60,028 bases of DNA from Gekko japonicus (Eukaryota): the NCBI RefSeq assembly GCF_001447785.1, contig NW_015166462.1, positions 442,116 through 502,143 of the forward strand, in the 5' to 3' direction. Both the position numbers and the translations under genes were made by a program. Under the pieces are notes generated by a model, which was not told where the DNA came from, searched no databases, and worked only from the letters and a program-made list of their open reading frames with translations. Shown here one piece after another: positions 1 to 12,499 of the stretch; the first letter of the stretch is position 1, and every line of letters starts with the position of its first letter.

Positions 1-105
1 CTATTCCAACTGACTGTTCTGCTATCCTGCTGGGGGGGTTGAACTGAAATAAACGGGGGAGGGAAGAGATGATTTCTCGAGCAAGTTCTGCTTACTCAGG
101 ATCAC

Positions 106-355
106 TTTGGTGTAGTGGTTAGGAATGTGGATTCTAATCCGGGGGACCGGGTTTGATTCCCCTCTTCTCCACATGCAGCTGCTGGTGTGACCTTGGGTCA
201 GTCATAAGTTCTTTCAGAGCTGTTCTCTTAAGGAGCTCTTTCAGCCCCACCTACCTCACGGGGTGTCTGTTGTGGGGAGGGGAAGGGAAAGGGATTGTAA
301 GCTGCTCTGAGACACCCTTCGGGTATGAAGGGGTGGGGTATAAATCCAATCTCAT
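106..355 (+). mobile_element. Squam3-type tRNA-derived SINE
   Basis: tggtgtagtggtta A-box, ggtttgattccc B-box, cagccccacctacctcac core, tataaatccaatctc tail. Confidence 0.8.
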
Positions 356-638
356 AATCATCACTCGCAAAAATTTTGTTTTAAATTGCAATTTTAAATT
401 TAGGCCAATGCATGGATACTTTTGGACTGTGGTTTCTTCTCTGGGACAAAACAAAGTCTGAAAGTATTGTGGTTGGCTAGGTGACATTGTCCTCATTATT
501 GCCTTAAGATTTGTTAATGATATGCTCGACGATACTTCCACAAATTTTAAAGTCTTGTAGCATTCTAATGGGTTGTGTGAAGATTCTCTGCCAGCTCTTG
601 TCCTTCTCCCAGAATTGAGACTGGTGGAGCCAGGAAAC

Positions 639-1169
639 CAAGTAACCAAAAGGCTGAGAAAAACTGATAGTGAATCAGTAAGGGAGGGTATAAATTTAAT
701 AAATACCACTAGAAATACTATAAAATGTATGAAATGAAATATAATACATTAACAAAATGTAAATGGTTAACCACATAGTGAGAAAGTTGTACTGTTGATT
801 GAATTTCAGTATAGACGTGAGTGGAGTCATTTTTAAAACTCTGATTTATAGGAAGGCACTAATTCTGCAGTGGTTCACTGAAGAGTGTTACCCGGTCAGC
901 AGGATATATATATTTTATATGGTAATTTTATATGACTACACACACAGTTCTCAAGATGATTTTTTCCAATAATGAAGGCAATTTCTTGCCAAAACACACT
1001 GAACAATGATTTAAAGTGCTGTTATTTTAATTGATTAGGAAGCGTATTTTTAGTGTATTGTATTTCATGTATTACATTTCATATGTTTTCATGGTATTTC
1101 TAGTGGCATTTATGAAATTTATATCCTCCCTTGCTGGTTTCTTGTTTTTCTCGGCCTTTTGGTTACTTG
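639..1169. repeat. Inverted repeat with ~115-bp arms (639-752 and 1050-1169)
   Basis: caagtaaccaaaaggctgagaaaaac...ccactagaaatac is reverse-complemented at 1050-1169. Confidence 0.8.
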
Positions 1170-1781
1170 AGTCATTTAGCTGGGTTCTTTTCTTTTCCCC
1201 CCTTTTCCTTTGTTTGTTACTGGAGGAAGGAAACCAGCCAGCTCTTGGGACTCCTCTTTACCTCAGAATGTTCCATTTCTGGGATTGACTTCTAGTATTC
1301 TAATGTGGCAGTGAGATGCCACTCTGCTTTTCCTCCAGCTTGCCCACATCTTTCTTTGTGCCCATCATCTCAGCGCTGGGTCCATATTGGTCAGAAACTT
1401 TTCAACAGGACAGGGGTGCCCACAGGGAACTTCACCCCTTGCATTCTGACTTGCTGGGTATCTGTGAGGACAACAAAAACCTTCTGCTCAGTATAAAGGG
1501 GACATTTCTGAGGAAAGTTGTTGCCAGATCTCCAGGGCTAGGTCCTAGAAGCAGGAAGTCTGCCCTTTGTAAAGAGCAGCTGGTCTCAAAATGTTCACCC
1601 TGGCTAATTCATAACTGCCATACTAACAACTGCAGGGAAGTTTCCTTTTTTGCTTCAGTTCTTGAGGCAATGCAAGTCCTCCCCAGTGTAAGATACTCAC
1701 ACCGTCCCAATGCCATTGTTTTGTCTGTCCACTGTGTATATACGTTATGCTGGCAAGACGTAGCCAATTTATGGCAAGGCC

Positions 1782-1988
1782 CAGTGTTCCCTCTAAGCTG
1801 AGTTAGTGTGAGCTAGCTCACAGTTTTTTAGCCTCTGGCTCACACATTTTTGTCTTAGCTCAGGAAGGGATGGCTCCAGAGCAAACTAATTTATGCAGCA
1901 GCCAAAGCTCCTGCTCACAACTTTAATGCCAGTAGCTCACAAAGTAGAATTTTTGCTCACAGGGCTCCATAGCTCAGAGGGAACATTA
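1782..1988. mobile_element. hAT-type MITE (CAGTGTTCCCTCTAAGCT TIR family)
   Basis: TIRs cagtgttccctctaagct ... agctcagagggaacatt. Homologous copies at ~24080, ~24295 and ~49161. Confidence 0.75.
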
Positions 1989-2203
1989 ATGGCAACGCCA
2001 GCAAGCTTTCAAAGCAAACGAGAAGCAGAGGTAGTTTGCCATTACCTTCCTCTGCAGTCTTCCTTGGAGGTCTCCTATCCAAGTACTCACCATGCTTAGC
2101 TGCTGACAAAATTGGGTTATACCATGCCACCTCTATACAGTGGCGATCTTTAAAGGGACACTCCTCTGAGCTCAAGTGCCCCCCACATCATCAGTTAAAG
2201 TCG

Positions 2204-2788
2204 TAAGAACATCAGAAGAGCCCTGCTGAATCAGACCAATGGTCCGTCTAGCCCAGCATCCCATCTCACACAAGTGGGCAACCAGTTCCTCTGGACAGCC
2301 AACAACAGCACAAAGGCCAAGGCCTTCCCCTGATATTGCCTCCTGGCTCTGGCATTTTGAGGATTAGTGCCTCTGAATGTGGAGGTTCCCCTCAGTCACC
2401 ATGGCTAGTAGCCATTGACAGATCTATCCTCCATGAATCTATCTAATCCCCTATGAAAGCTGTTTATTCCTATGGCCATCACTACATCCCCTGGCAGCCA
2501 ATTCCACATTTTAATCACCCTCTGTGTAAAGTAGTATTTCTTTTTGTCCATCCTGAACCTACTGCCCATCGGCTTCAGTGGATGCCCTCAAGTTCTAGTA
2601 TTCTGGGAGAGGGAGGAAAATTCCTCTTTGTCAACTCTCTCCATCCCACGCATAATTTTATAAACCCCTATTATGTCCCCCCCTTAGTCATCTCTTTTCT
2701 AAACTGAAAAGTCCCAGACTCTCCAGTCTTTCCTCACAGGGAAGGTGCTCCAACCTCCTCATCGTATTGGTTACCCTCCTCTGCAATG
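2204..2788 (-). mobile_element. CR1 LINE 3' fragment
   Basis: RT C-terminus RLEHLPCEERLESLGLFSLEKR and taagaacat tail. Confidence 0.8.
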
Positions 2789-2854
2789 TCCCAGGGGTCC
2801 CCAACATGGTGACCGAGACTGCCCCGCACCCACCAAGTTCTTTTAGAAAGTGGG

Positions 2855-3662
2855 TGTAGAAAAAGCCCAGCAGGAACTCATTAGCATAATAGGCCACACC
2901 CAACAGCAGGAACTCATTAGCATATTGGGCCACACCCCTGACAGCACAGCTCATTAGCACATTAGGCCACACCCACATGTTACCAGACATAAGAACATAA
3001 GAACATAAGAGACGCCAATGTTGGATCAGGCCAAAGGCCCATCCAGTCCAACACTCAGTGTCACACAGTGGCCAAAAATACCAGGTGCCATCAGGAGGTC
3101 CAGCAGTGGGGCCAGGACATTAGAAGCCCTCCCACTGTTGACACCCCCACCCCCAAGCACCAAGAAGACAGAGCATCACTTGCCCCAGAGCCCCTAGCTA
3201 TACCTTGTGGCTAATAGCCACTGATGGACCTCTGCTCCATATGCTTATCTAATTCCCTTTTGAAGCCGTCCATGCTTGTAGCCGCCACCACTTCCTGTGG
3301 CAGTGAATTCCATGTGTTAATCACTCTTTGGGTGAAGAAGTACTTCCTTTTATCCGTTCTAACCCGACCGCTCTGCAGTTTCATGGAGTGCCCACGAGTT
3401 CTTGTATTGTGAGAAAGGGAGACGTGGTCATCCAGCCACACCCACCTTTTGCTTGTTACTCTGTTTACCTTGTTTGTTGTCAAAACCCAGGGCTTTTTTT
3501 TGTAGCAGGAACTCCTTTGCATGTTAGGCCACACACCCCTAATGTAGCCGATCCTAATGAGTTTCTGCTGTTGGGTGTGGCCTATTATGCTAATGAGTTC
3601 CTGCTGGGCGTGGCCAACTTGGGAGCCAGCCGGAACTCCGTTCCTGCCCAAAAATAGCCCTG
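2855..3662. mobile_element. OCT/KLF-motif hAT MITE interrupted by a CR1, itself nested in an older MITE (~2792-3900)
   Basis: Matches 30852-31207 on both sides of the CR1 insert and ends aaaatagccctg. The left end is eroded. Confidence 0.7.
2987..3419 (-). mobile_element. CR1 LINE 3' end
   Basis: TRGHSMKL...RKYFFTQRVINTWNSLPQEVV and (cataagaa)n tail. Confidence 0.85.
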
Positions 3663-3939
3663 GGTGTGGCTAGGTGCGGCTTTTGCCCAGCGGGGCTTCT
3701 GATTGGCTGTGCAGATTAAAAGGCGTCCTGTAAAGCACAGGTTCTGCCTGAAATGCTGAAGAGTTAGAACTATATATACGCTGCTCCTTGATATTTTTTT
3801 GGTTGGCTCTGCATCTTGTGGCAGCCATTTTGTAATTGTGCTCGCTGCCCTGTATCAGAATTCCAAAGGTGCCTGCCAGCTCAAAAAGGCAGGGAACACG
3901 TCAATTAAACAAACCTGGTCACTATTCAATGCATGGCGC

Positions 3940-6900
3940 ATACATTTTTTCCCATTACTTTTTTTAATGTTTGTTTAGTCTGTACATTGTGAATCAGACA
4001 CTTTTAGCAATTGCTTGGTTTAAAACACGAACACGCTCCAGTCCCCCACCCCGACTGAGAAACACACACACTGTACAGTTCCCAAGGGGCGCAACGAGGG
4101 CTTATCGCAGTCCAGGCCCATCAGCTGCGTGGACGACAAAAGGGGTTCTATACATGTTTTAGTACACTTTGTTAACAACGAGGAATCTTGGCACCAAAGG
4201 AACTGCACTCTGTGGCCAAAGGAAGAAAGGGGTAGTTAGAAAAGAAGAATTTATATATAAATGTATTTATATATCTGTATTAATATAAAAAGTCATCTGC
4301 TAACACGATAACGAAGGGTTGGATTCAATCGATGGCATGACTCTTCATTGAGAGGTTGCGACAGCTACCGGTCTGGGGAGTTTTGAGTCCTGTCTCAGGA
4401 ATATCCGTCTCCCAGTTTGGCCAGCACATGAAGATTATCTTGCCATGAAGTCTTAAACACAGAATCCCAAATTCTCCAAAAAAAGGGGAGGGCAGAAGTT
4501 ATTCTTGGATGACAGCTGTGTGTCTTGTGGTGTCTTTTAAGATGGAGTCTCTTCCCCCAGTCCCTGTTTCACAATTCCAATACAAAGGCAGAGAAGGCAC
4601 TGCAGGAACCCCGCAGGACGTGGCATCCTAGCAGCGCACGATTCAGGGCTCAGAATCCAACTAGGGGTGTAACAGGCAGGGCAATGCAACGGGAACGCTT
4701 AGTCGTGCTCTCCGCACCAAGCAGGTCTTCGAGAAAACTCTTGCTTCCTGACCAGAATTAAAACCTGAACTTCCCAGGTCTCCGACCCACTACGTTCTCG
4801 TAAGCCTCTGCCACAGAGCTTGACCCAAAGCACGCTGCCTCCCGGGCCCTTTGCTCTAAAATCCATCAGATCCCTTCCACCCTTCCAGAGATATCTGTCC
4901 ATCCTCCTCTCTTCCAGAATTAGGACAGTGATGTGTTTCAGGGGCTAAATTCACACTGTGCCCGCAAGCAAAGCTCAACCACTACAGAGAACAGAAACAG
5001 CTACTGGGGGGAAGGGGGGACACGACGAAATGGCTCCTAGAAAGAAGGACGACTGCAAATCTTCCTTGTTAAAGAGCTCTGATGCAACATCAGCAGGGGT
5101 TAGGTGAGCCTTTGCTAGCAAGTACTGCATGCCTACATTCTGCCATAAAAGATCTGGCTAGAAAAGAACTGGCATTCTTTCTGCTCTGCCCTCTTCATCC
5201 AAAAGAAAAAAGAAAAAAAATGCAGTGAACGAATACCACTTTCTAATCATTCTAATAATGAGTACTAAAAGGGTGCTAAGGATAACTAACTCATATTAAG
5301 TGAAGCCAGGAAACTTTAAAAAAAACCCCACCACACCTAGAAAAGATAAGACTCCATTTTCTCATATGTAGGAAACATGTCACCATTGTGAACGTGATAA
5401 GCAATGCCTGGCTGAACATGATAAAATCGGTTTTCTAGCTGAAACAGGGATTTCACAATTGTGAAACCTGACTTGTGCATTCCAGACCTGTAAATTATTC
5501 CAAGAGAATTTTCTTTGGGAGTCCACAAGCTTGGGCCGAGGGTAGAGAGTTTGGTGATTCTGAATCAATATTTTCCCTTGCAAGAAAGCACAGAAACATT
5601 TTCCCCCCTCTCTTCCCCCTCCCACCCCCATCTTCTGCTGGGTTTCCCTGTCCAATCAGGAAACTATAATTCAACAATTCAACAGCTGTATCACCCACTG
5701 GATGCTTTGTAGAGAACTCATTTTATCAAGTTTAAAGGGCAGGTAAGCATACAGATTAACCTTTGGGGGTCCGAAAAGTTTGGAGATTACAATTCATTAC
5801 GACAGGATTTCCACGGATGCAATGCTCAATTAAAATGATGGAGGAGCTACTTCTGATAAAGCAGATATGGGATAAAGAGACTGCAGTGTATTCATAAAGG
5901 GATTTTCTTTTCTTTTCTTTTTTACAAATGTTCAACTCTACTGGCAAATCAGGAAGCTAGGGAAGAGAATATGGAAAAACGGTTCCCATATAAAGCAGAC
6001 AGAAGTAGAAGCAGAAAGAGTCCACTGAATTTCAGCTACAGGTTCAGGTTTTTAAACTTCGGGATAAAGATTAAAAACAAAAGGAAGATCCAGTCCCTAC
6101 CACTGCTGGAGGCAAGGCATTGGCCTGACGGGACTGATCAGCTGATCCAATTTTTTGTTGTGAGGTATCTTTTCACCTGCAAAAGCACATCCCCCTCCTG
6201 CCTCTCACTTTCTCCATCATGCATCTAGCTTGTTTAAATGGCACGCTGGATCACCAAATGCTGCCCCAAACTCTCTCTACCCAGATCACAAAGGCAGGGG
6301 GAAAGAATACCCCGCAGAGAATGGAATGTCCAACATAGTGTCCAAAGGAGGAAGAGAGGCGCTTTTAGAACTCTTTGGTTGTTTGTAGTACATCGGCCAC
6401 GCCCTCCCGCAATAATGTGCCTGGCAATTTGCTGAGAGAAGGAAAAGGGGGGGGGGGAGGCGGGAATCAGGGAAACACATGGGGAAGCTGGACTGTGAGC
6501 AAGCATCTCTTTTGTCTGTATCGCATCAGTGTTTCCACTCTGGGGATGGAGTCCCATGACAGAACCGAGGACGAGGGTGTTATCATGAGGCATGCCAAGA
6601 AAGGGAGGGGCCCATGGCTCAGACCTAGGAGGAGAATGCACATGAACTGCAGAGGAGCGGAAGTAATGTATCACCCTGGCCTGGGATGTGAGTGGTCACC
6701 ATTCTGGTTAGCTTTCCTACCTCAACCAACGGGGGGCGGGGGGCACAAAGAAGTGCCTTGGCCTATGCATGAGTGACCACTGGCCACAGGCCCCCCCCAC
6801 TGCAGATCGACTGTATTTGCAGCTTGAGAAAAGGCATTCGGCATTCATGTTGGGGGTGGGGATTCATTTACACGAGGTGAGAGGGCGCATTGGCTAATGC

Positions 6901-7796
6901 AAGAATCTTAGCATTCTGGGGCACAGAGGAAAGGTCCCATGCCACACTTTCAGTAAGGGACAACCAAAACTGCTTTAGGCCAATTCACACGTTGCTAAAA
7001 AGAACCTGTGTGTGATACTGTTCCCTCCTGGGACTGTACCATTTTAGAATGCGGCTAGTGGAAATGCATGTCTGAATGCTCTCTCATATTCAATTCTCTC
7101 TACCTATGCAAAAGCAGCACAGCAGGGAGGCTATGCTCAAACCCTGACAGTCTTTCCATGTACAGAAAAAAAAATATGTGAGGGGGAGACATTCAAGTAC
7201 GTAACCCTTAGCTGCAGAACAAAGTGACACAATCCCAGAGGACTGTACCATCTTTCTCTCAGTGTGAACTGGTTCTAACATTCCACTCCGGCTACAGGGG
7301 ACTGCAGAAAGCACCACGCCTTCCTGAAAACGGGAGCCCAGTTGGGTGCCTGTTTCCTTTCAGCACCTGTGCTTGGGACAGAAACGCTGCCATTATGCCC
7401 CCCACCCCGCCCACTTTCCCAGAACTTCCCTCCCCAAAGCTACCCTTGCTCTTGGTGCGAAAACGTCACCTTTGGGGCAGTCCTTTCCCCACCCCCACCA
7501 CATTCGTCCTGGGGAATCCATGGTGGACAGGATTGCGCCTAGTTTTGTTTTAGGGAACAGAGAAACCGCAGGGCGTGGCCCAGGGACTGTCCTTCCTCAT
7601 GCATTCCATCTCTGGCCTGACACAGCTTACCTCATGCGGGCGTTTGTGACTCCTCCCCAACCCCTCCCCACGGTGCCACCAAACAAGCACGCTTTGCTTA
7701 CTATATGGCCCCCCTCCCCTTATGGCTTACAATAGCCCGGAACTAGCCCCCTTTCTCACCCTCGGACCACCCATCTTTTCTGCAGCTCCCTCCACA
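3940..7796 (-). other. ZNF865: Probable long 3'UTR of ZNF865 ending at ATTAAA (~3963-3968)
   Basis: ~3.85 kb stretch free of recognisable TEs. AU-rich block at 4248-4290, TGTACAGA at ~3979-3986 (minus strand), then ATTAAA. TE density rises sharply beyond it. Confidence 0.5.
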
Positions 7797-10715
7797 CTAG
7801 GGCTGCTGTTCCTTGTGGCTCCCCATGGCGGCGAAGCGCTCCATCTTGTGAATGTGGCGGTGCTTCTTGAGCCCGTAGGTGTTGGAGAAGGCTTCCCCGC
7901 AGGTGCTGCACTTGAAGGGCCGCCCGCCCTGGTGGGCCTGGAGGTGCTTGCTGAAATACTTGGGGTCCTTGAAGAGCTTGAGGCAGGCCCCACATCTCAA
8001 CTCGCGCTTGGCGTCGTGGGAGCGCTGGTGGCGCAGGATGGACGACAGGTAGAAGAAGCTCTTGGAGCAGCGGTCGCAGCGGTAGACCTTCTCGCCCAGG
8101 TGCACTCGCTGGTGCTCCAGGAGGTTGCTGCGGTAGCGGAAGGTCTTGCCACAGGTGGGGCAGCGCTGGGGCCTGGCCACCACGTGGAGGCGCTGATGCT
8201 CGGCCAGGCTGGATGACTGCGCAAAGCGCTTGTTGCAGAGGGCACATTTGTAGGCCCGCTCGCCCGTGTGCACCACTTTGTGTTGGCGCAGGTACCACGA
8301 GCGCAGGAAGCCACGGCCACAGACGGCACAGCGGTACGGGCGCTCCTCTGTGTGGCACCGCTGGTGGCGCATCAGGAGAGCGGCCTCCCAGAAGCGCTTC
8401 CCACAGACTGGGCAGGAGAAATGGCGCTTCTGGAGATGGGTACGGCGGTGCAGCAGCAGGTCGTAGGCCCCCGCGAAACTCTGCCCACACACCGAACAGG
8501 CCAGTGTGCGGCGCACCAGGTGCACATACTTGTGGGTGACGAGCCCCAGGAAATGCTTGAAGGTCTGGCCGCAGATGGAGCAGGAGAAGCGCTCCCCGCT
8601 CGGCAAGGTGGGGTGGTGGTCTTCGTAGGATGCCGCCATGTTGTCGCCGCCGGCCAGCCCGTTCTCCAGGGGAGCCACTGCAGCTGCCGTCTCATCCGGG
8701 GGCAGGAGCCGCTCGGGGGCCGCCTGGTGGACCAGCTTGTGCCACATGAGGTTCTCAATGAAGCCGAAGCACTTGCCGCAGGCATCGCAAGGGTACGGCT
8801 TCTCGGCCACGTGGACCTCCTTGTGGCTCATGACGTGAAAGAGGTCGGGGAAGCGCTCTCCGCAGTCGGAGCACCCGTAGGTCAGCCCCTCAGGAGGAGG
8901 GGGCAGCGAGGGCCCCATGGATGTCAGCGAGGGCCCAATGGGGGGCAAAGAGCAAGGAAGCTGCAGCCGGTGGATCTGCTTGTGCCGGGTTAAGCTCTGC
9001 GGGTAGCCAAAAACCTTCCCGCAGATCTCGCACTTGTAGGGCCTCTCCCGCGTGTGCACCACGTGGTGCTTGCTGAGGTGGAAGGACTCGCGGAAGCGCT
9101 TCCCACACACCGCACACTGGTGGGGCTTCTCCCCTGTGTGGATCCGCTCGTGCCGTTTGAGCGTCTCCCTCCGCCCAAACCCACGGCCACAGATCCCGCA
9201 GCAGAAGTTCTTGCCCGCCGCCGTCCCCACCAACAGCGGGTGGGCCCCCAGAAGCCCATACGGGGCTGGCTTGGTGTCTCCGTCAGAGCTGGTAGCCTGC
9301 CCGTCTTGGGGGAGGAGATAGGCCCCTGGCGGTAGGTAGGACAGGGCAGCGTTGGTGCCATCCTTGGGCAGCTGGGCTCCCTCGTGTTGCAGCTGCCGAT
9401 GGCGCAGGAGGTTCTGGGGGGCGACGTAGCCCTTGCCGCAGATGTCACACTTGTATTCCGGGCGCGGGGGGATGGTTCCGGGTGGGGCGTGGGTGGCCTG
9501 GTGCTTGAGCAGATAGGAGGCATCCCGGAATTCCTTGCCGCATACCCCGCACTGCACTCGCAGGAGGTCCGAATGGGTCCGGACGTGACGCTTCAGGCTC
9601 TCGCGACGGTTGAAGCTCTTCTGGCACACGGAGCACGAGAACGGCTTTTCGCCGGTGTGGATGATCTGGTGCTGGTGCAGGTGGCTCGGCTTCTTGAACA
9701 CTTTCCAGCACAGAGAACAAGTGAAAGGGCCTTCTGTCTGAGCAATGGCGGCACCCAGAGCAGAGGCAGCCGTCACCCCGGTGGGTGTTGGTACGACCTG
9801 CGGGTTGCTGCTTTGGGAGGGAGGTTGGGCAGCTCCCTCAGCACTGGGGGCAGCTGCCGCGTTGGCTACGGCGGCTGCAGCAGCTGCCGCAGCCGCTACA
9901 TTGGCAGCTGCCGCATTGGCGGCTGCCGTGACATCCTCAGAGTCCTTGTGACAGCGTCGGTGCCGGATGAGACTGGAGATATGGTTGTAGGTGCGCCCGC
10001 AAGTGGTGCACTCGTACGGCCGTTCGCCTGTATGCACCAGCATGTGCTGTACCAGGTGGGACGACTGCTTGAATGACTTCTGACACACCCCACACGGGAA
10101 ACGCCGATCGATGAAGTACTTTAAGCGCCGGAAGTAGTTCTTGTCGTCCTTGATGGCCTGGCTGTCAGGGGTAACGGAGGAGGTGGCCTGCGGTGGTGCC
10201 TGCCCACGTTTCAGGCTATTGAAGAGGTGCTGGTGGCCGGAAAGATCCACGATACCCCACTGTGGAGTGTTGTAGGCAGCAGCGGCAGCTGCAGCAGCTG
10301 CTGTAGTATCAAAGAGAGGCTGGCCGGTTGGCGGAACCACTGCTGGCGCACTGTATGGGGGTTGTGGCTGTTGTGGTGGCTGCTGCTGTGAGGCCGGGGC
10401 CCCAGGGTCGGGTTTCTTGACTTGCACGTTCGTGGAAGAGGTGGAGGAGGAAGAGGAAGAGGAGGGCCCTTCAGTTTTGGGCTTAGAAGTGCCGACGGTT
10501 GAAGGGATGCGGTCAAAGTGAGCAGGCGGGGCAGCAGTGGGTGGCTGGGCGTACTCGTAAGGCGGCTGCGGGCAGGGGAGGGTGGCGACTGCTTTGGCGT
10601 GTTCGTGGTTATAAGCCTCCATAGGTTCAAAGCGCTGGTGGTTCAGGAACTCCAGGAAGTCGAAGGGGTAGCTCTGGAAATGCACACCCTCGTCGCTCGC
10701 TGCATTGGCTTCCAT
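7797..10715 (-). CDS. ZNF865: Zinc finger protein 865, single coding exon, 20 C2H2 fingers
   Basis: Intact 972-aa ORF. The N-terminus EGVHFQSYPFDFLEFLNHQRFEPME matches the ZNF865 N-terminus as I recall it. I counted 20 C2H2 motifs, several joined by TGE(K/R)P linkers. Good Kozak context (gagATGG). Splice acceptor tttctttgtccag lies 23 nt upstream of the ATG (exon starts 10738). Confidence 0.95.
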   Translation of the reverse strand: MEANAASDEGVHFQSYPFDFLEFLNHQRFEPMEAYNHEHAKAVATLPCPQPPYEYAQPPTAAPPAHFDRIPSTVGTSKPKTEGPSSSSSSSTSSTNVQVKKPDPGAPASQQQPPQQPQPPYSAPAVVPPTGQPLFDTTAAAAAAAAAYNTPQWGIVDLSGHQHLFNSLKRGQAPPQATSSVTPDSQAIKDDKNYFRRLKYFIDRRFPCGVCQKSFKQSSHLVQHMLVHTGERPYECTTCGRTYNHISSLIRHRRCHKDSEDVTAAANAAAANVAAAAAAAAAVANAAAAPSAEGAAQPPSQSSNPQVVPTPTGVTAASALGAAIAQTEGPFTCSLCWKVFKKPSHLHQHQIIHTGEKPFSCSVCQKSFNRRESLKRHVRTHSDLLRVQCGVCGKEFRDASYLLKHQATHAPPGTIPPRPEYKCDICGKGYVAPQNLLRHRQLQHEGAQLPKDGTNAALSYLPPGAYLLPQDGQATSSDGDTKPAPYGLLGAHPLLVGTAAGKNFCCGICGRGFGRRETLKRHERIHTGEKPHQCAVCGKRFRESFHLSKHHVVHTRERPYKCEICGKVFGYPQSLTRHKQIHRLQLPCSLPPIGPSLTSMGPSLPPPPEGLTYGCSDCGERFPDLFHVMSHKEVHVAEKPYPCDACGKCFGFIENLMWHKLVHQAAPERLLPPDETAAAVAPLENGLAGGDNMAASYEDHHPTLPSGERFSCSICGQTFKHFLGLVTHKYVHLVRRTLACSVCGQSFAGAYDLLLHRRTHLQKRHFSCPVCGKRFWEAALLMRHQRCHTEERPYRCAVCGRGFLRSWYLRQHKVVHTGERAYKCALCNKRFAQSSSLAEHQRLHVVARPQRCPTCGKTFRYRSNLLEHQRVHLGEKVYRCDRCSKSFFYLSSILRHQRSHDAKRELRCGACLKLFKDPKYFSKHLQAHQGGRPFKCSTCGEAFSNTYGLKKHRHIHKMERFAAMGSHKEQQP

Positions 10716-10847
10716 CTCCGCCCGGGAGGGGGCACTGCCTGGACAAAGAAATGAAACATGCCATCAACATACATACATATGCACACTACATACATCAAGT
10801 TTCTCCCCTGCAGCAGCTCCTTGTTTTTTCAGGCCTAACAATAACTC

Positions 10848-11040
10848 ACTGCCTTATACTGAATCAGACCCTTGGTCCATCAGTCATTATTGCCTACTCA
10901 GTCTGGCAGCAGTTCTCTGGGGTCTCAGGCAGAGGTCTTTCACACCACCTACTACCTGGTCCCTTTAACTGGAGGTGCCAGGGATTGAACCTGGCACCTT
11001 CTGCATGCCAAGCAGATGCTCTGTCACTGAGTCACAGCCT
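10848..11040 (-). mobile_element. tRNA(Ala)-like SINE (related copies at ~12990-13160 + and ~22030-22225 +)
   Basis: Head ctcagtgacagagc...caggttcaatccctggcacctcca resembles tRNA-Ala. Body shared among the copies. Confidence 0.65.
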
Positions 11041-11949
11041 CTACGTATTGTGAGAAGGACAGAATGTGCAATTAAAAAGATCCTAATTACTATCTGGGCT
11101 AATGAGCTCTCTGAAGCATCCATACCTCATTTTATGTGGCTCATTAGCTGTCAGATGCTTGATACCACTCCAATTTTATGATGCCAGCAGGGTTCATATT
11201 TTGTCTGTACTAGATGAACACTGAGAACTCCCGTGTCACTAGTTCGATGAAGATTTATGGAGTTCTATCCACTACAGCAGTTTAAAGCATGAGTTATGAG
11301 CTGGACGACAGGGATAGGAATTTCAGTTCAGCTGTGAATTCACTGACTGGGAAGATGACATACAGGTCTGGGTTGGAAGGCAAATGAGAAATCAGAAAGT
11401 AAGTATATGGCCTGAGAAAGTGTGCAAGGCCAGGGTCACTGCGGGGAGTCCAGGAGCCCTACGCTTGCCCGGATCTAGCCACATGCTTCCCCTGTAGTTT
11501 ATGGCCTGCTCCTACAGCATAGTTTGCAAAGTGCAAATATCTCCTCGCTGCTTGTGGCACGCCATGGAGTTGGCTTTGAACCTGAGAGATCCATGTCTCA
11601 ATTCAGACACAAGACTTTCAGCGTGGCCTGGGGCAAGGCTCACTCTGTCTCAGCCTCTCAGAGTGATTATAAAATAAGACAGCCCCATATACAAGCCCCT
11701 GAACACCCAAGAAAGGGGAAGGCAAGATACATATCTGGCTAATAACCACTTGCATGGGACTGGAGATTGGAAGATTTTTGGCCTCTTCTCGTCCCATGCT
11801 TTCTAACTTATCCTTAATTTGAGCATGTATACTTTAGGGTTTATTCAAGTCTAAATTCTTTTGCACTCAAGACATCCCAAAGTTCTGCTTCCAAAGCAAC
11901 GAATTGTTCAACCCGTGTAAACTAAAGAAGATTAATTCAGTTGCATAAA

Positions 11950-12172
11950 TTTTTATTTACTTCTCCAATGATTCATACCACTTTTCCCCCCAGTGGGGGA
12001 CCCAAACCAGTTTACATAATTCTCCCCTCCTTCATTCTAACCTCACGATAACCCTGTGAGGTAGGTTAGGATGAGGGTGTGCAAGAGGCCCAAGGCCACC
12101 CAGCAAACTTCCATGGCAGGATGAATTCAAGCCTGAGTATTTCAGTTCCTAGGCTACAACCATTACACCACA
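11950..12172 (-). mobile_element. Older MIR/Squam3-related SINE (similar copy at ~37175-37400)
   Basis: aaccctgtgaggtaggttagg core, degenerate tRNA head, tttattt tail. Confidence 0.55.
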
Positions 12173-12499
12173 TTCTCTCAGACACGAGAAGAGTCAAGGA
12201 CCAAGGTTCTTAAGGTTTCTTTTCTCATACATTATAACAAGGCCCCCCAGTCTAATGTCCATCGACACCATGGCACACCCCAACACCTCACCTGACAACC
12301 CACCAAGTGTTTTCACAAAGTGGGTGGAGTCAAGTGGGGCTCTTGCCCAGCAGAGCTTCGAATAGGCCACAGGAGATCGGATTGGCTGTGCAGGTTAAAA
12401 TAATGTTGCTTTGGCGGCAGCTGCCACCGAGTCCTGGTTTTAGTCCCTCTCACTCTTTCTCAGTGTATATTTAAAGTTACCCCTCTTCTCCCCTGCACC

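Noticed and set aside
2866-2975. CRISPR-like short repeats (ctcattagca...ggccacaccc)
   Set aside because: Eukaryotic MITE subterminal repeats with no unique spacers or cas genes.
7722-10754. Many overlapping and antisense ORFs of 60-244 aa
   Set aside because: They are shadows of the GC-rich ZNF865 coding sequence and show no recognisable domains.
10965-11040. tRNA-Ala gene
   Set aside because: Degenerate stems, and it continues into a SINE body.
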